Assembly (NCBI GenBank): GCA_046563655.1
Contig: CM102285.1
Location: 8,060,001 to 8,124,000, forward strand
Length of the DNA: 64,000 nt
From: Yuukianura sp. NJ FZ-2021
Taxonomy: Eukaryota
Direction of reading: 5' to 3'
Both the position numbers and the translations under genes were made by a program. This document shows, one piece after another, positions 63,501 to 64,000 of the stretch (its first letter is position 1; every line of letters begins with the position of its first letter). Below the pieces are notes generated by a model. The model did not search any database, was not told the DNA's origin, and saw nothing but the letters and a program-made list of their open reading frames with translations.

Positions 63501-64000
63501 TACATAAATGATTTAGAAAATGTATTATTAGTCTCCAGACCACAACTTTTTGTGGATGATACAAACCTGATGTTTATTGGAGAGTGGAAGAAAAAAACAG
63601 CATTAAGAGAAGGGGTGAATGGTGAATTACTAAGGGTGACTAATTGGATTGACGAGAACTATTTGGTAATAAATAGTGACAAAACTAAAGTCCTGATTTT
63701 TGGAAGTAAAAAACAATTGGAGATTTTTGGCAATTTTGAAATAATGGTTAAAGGTTATTTGATCGAGTATTCGGAAGTAATCAAAAGTTTGGGATTGATA
63801 TTACAAAAGGATCTGAAATGGGACAAACATATTGATGCGGTTATTAAAAAATGCTACATTATAATAATCAATGCATATAAAGTCAGAGAATTTCTAACAG
63901 AAAAAGCAAAAAAGATATTTATGGAAGCAATGGTACAATCAATTCTAAAATATATGTTTGTACTCTACGGTCAAACTACAATGAAGAATTTGAAAAAAGT
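60532..64000 (+). mobile_element. Degenerate non-LTR retrotransposon (CR1/L2-like LINE), runs off window end
   Basis: ORF1 with coiled coil and RRM-like RKLNLVILGLNE..YVNEDL (60760-61509, in-frame stop upstream); ORF2 APE motifs HLNVRS, LSETWL, GGGVGI, DFN, LDLIIT, SDH; RT motifs FRPI, NQFGCRKNHSTE, DLKNAF, QGSVLGP, LFVDDT, KSLGLILQKDLKW; several stops and frameshifts. Confidence 0.93.

Overview
Gene-dense eukaryotic (animal) DNA, AT-rich with short GT-AG introns; the ORF track only captures exon fragments. The gene content (classical-type odorant-binding protein, tyramine beta-hydroxylase, octopamine-transporter-like SLC6, Stat92E-like STAT) points to a compact-genome hexapod; species not determined. 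In order: UGGT (5'-partial, +), mitochondrial GOT2 (+), STAT5/Stat92E (+), U1 snRNA (-), mRpL3 (-), ATRX/XNP-like SNF2 ATPase (+), EXTL3/botv (-), a trypsin-family protease (-), MPP-beta/UQCR-C1 (-), TMEM11 (+), carnitine acetyltransferase (-), Tbh (+), a highly atypical full-length SLC6 transporter (-) carrying a foldback MITE and an antisense nested OBP gene in its introns, the 3' half of an octopamine/NET-clade SLC6 (-), an assembly gap, and a repeat-rich tail with a decayed CR1/L2-type LINE. Most interesting: a possible octopaminergic locus (Tbh + OAT-like + a substrate-site-altered SLC6 paralog), the hidden nested OBP, a dense cluster of STAT sites upstream of the STAT gene itself, and a U1 variant. 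All gene models were spliced by eye and family calls rest on recalled motifs, not database searches.
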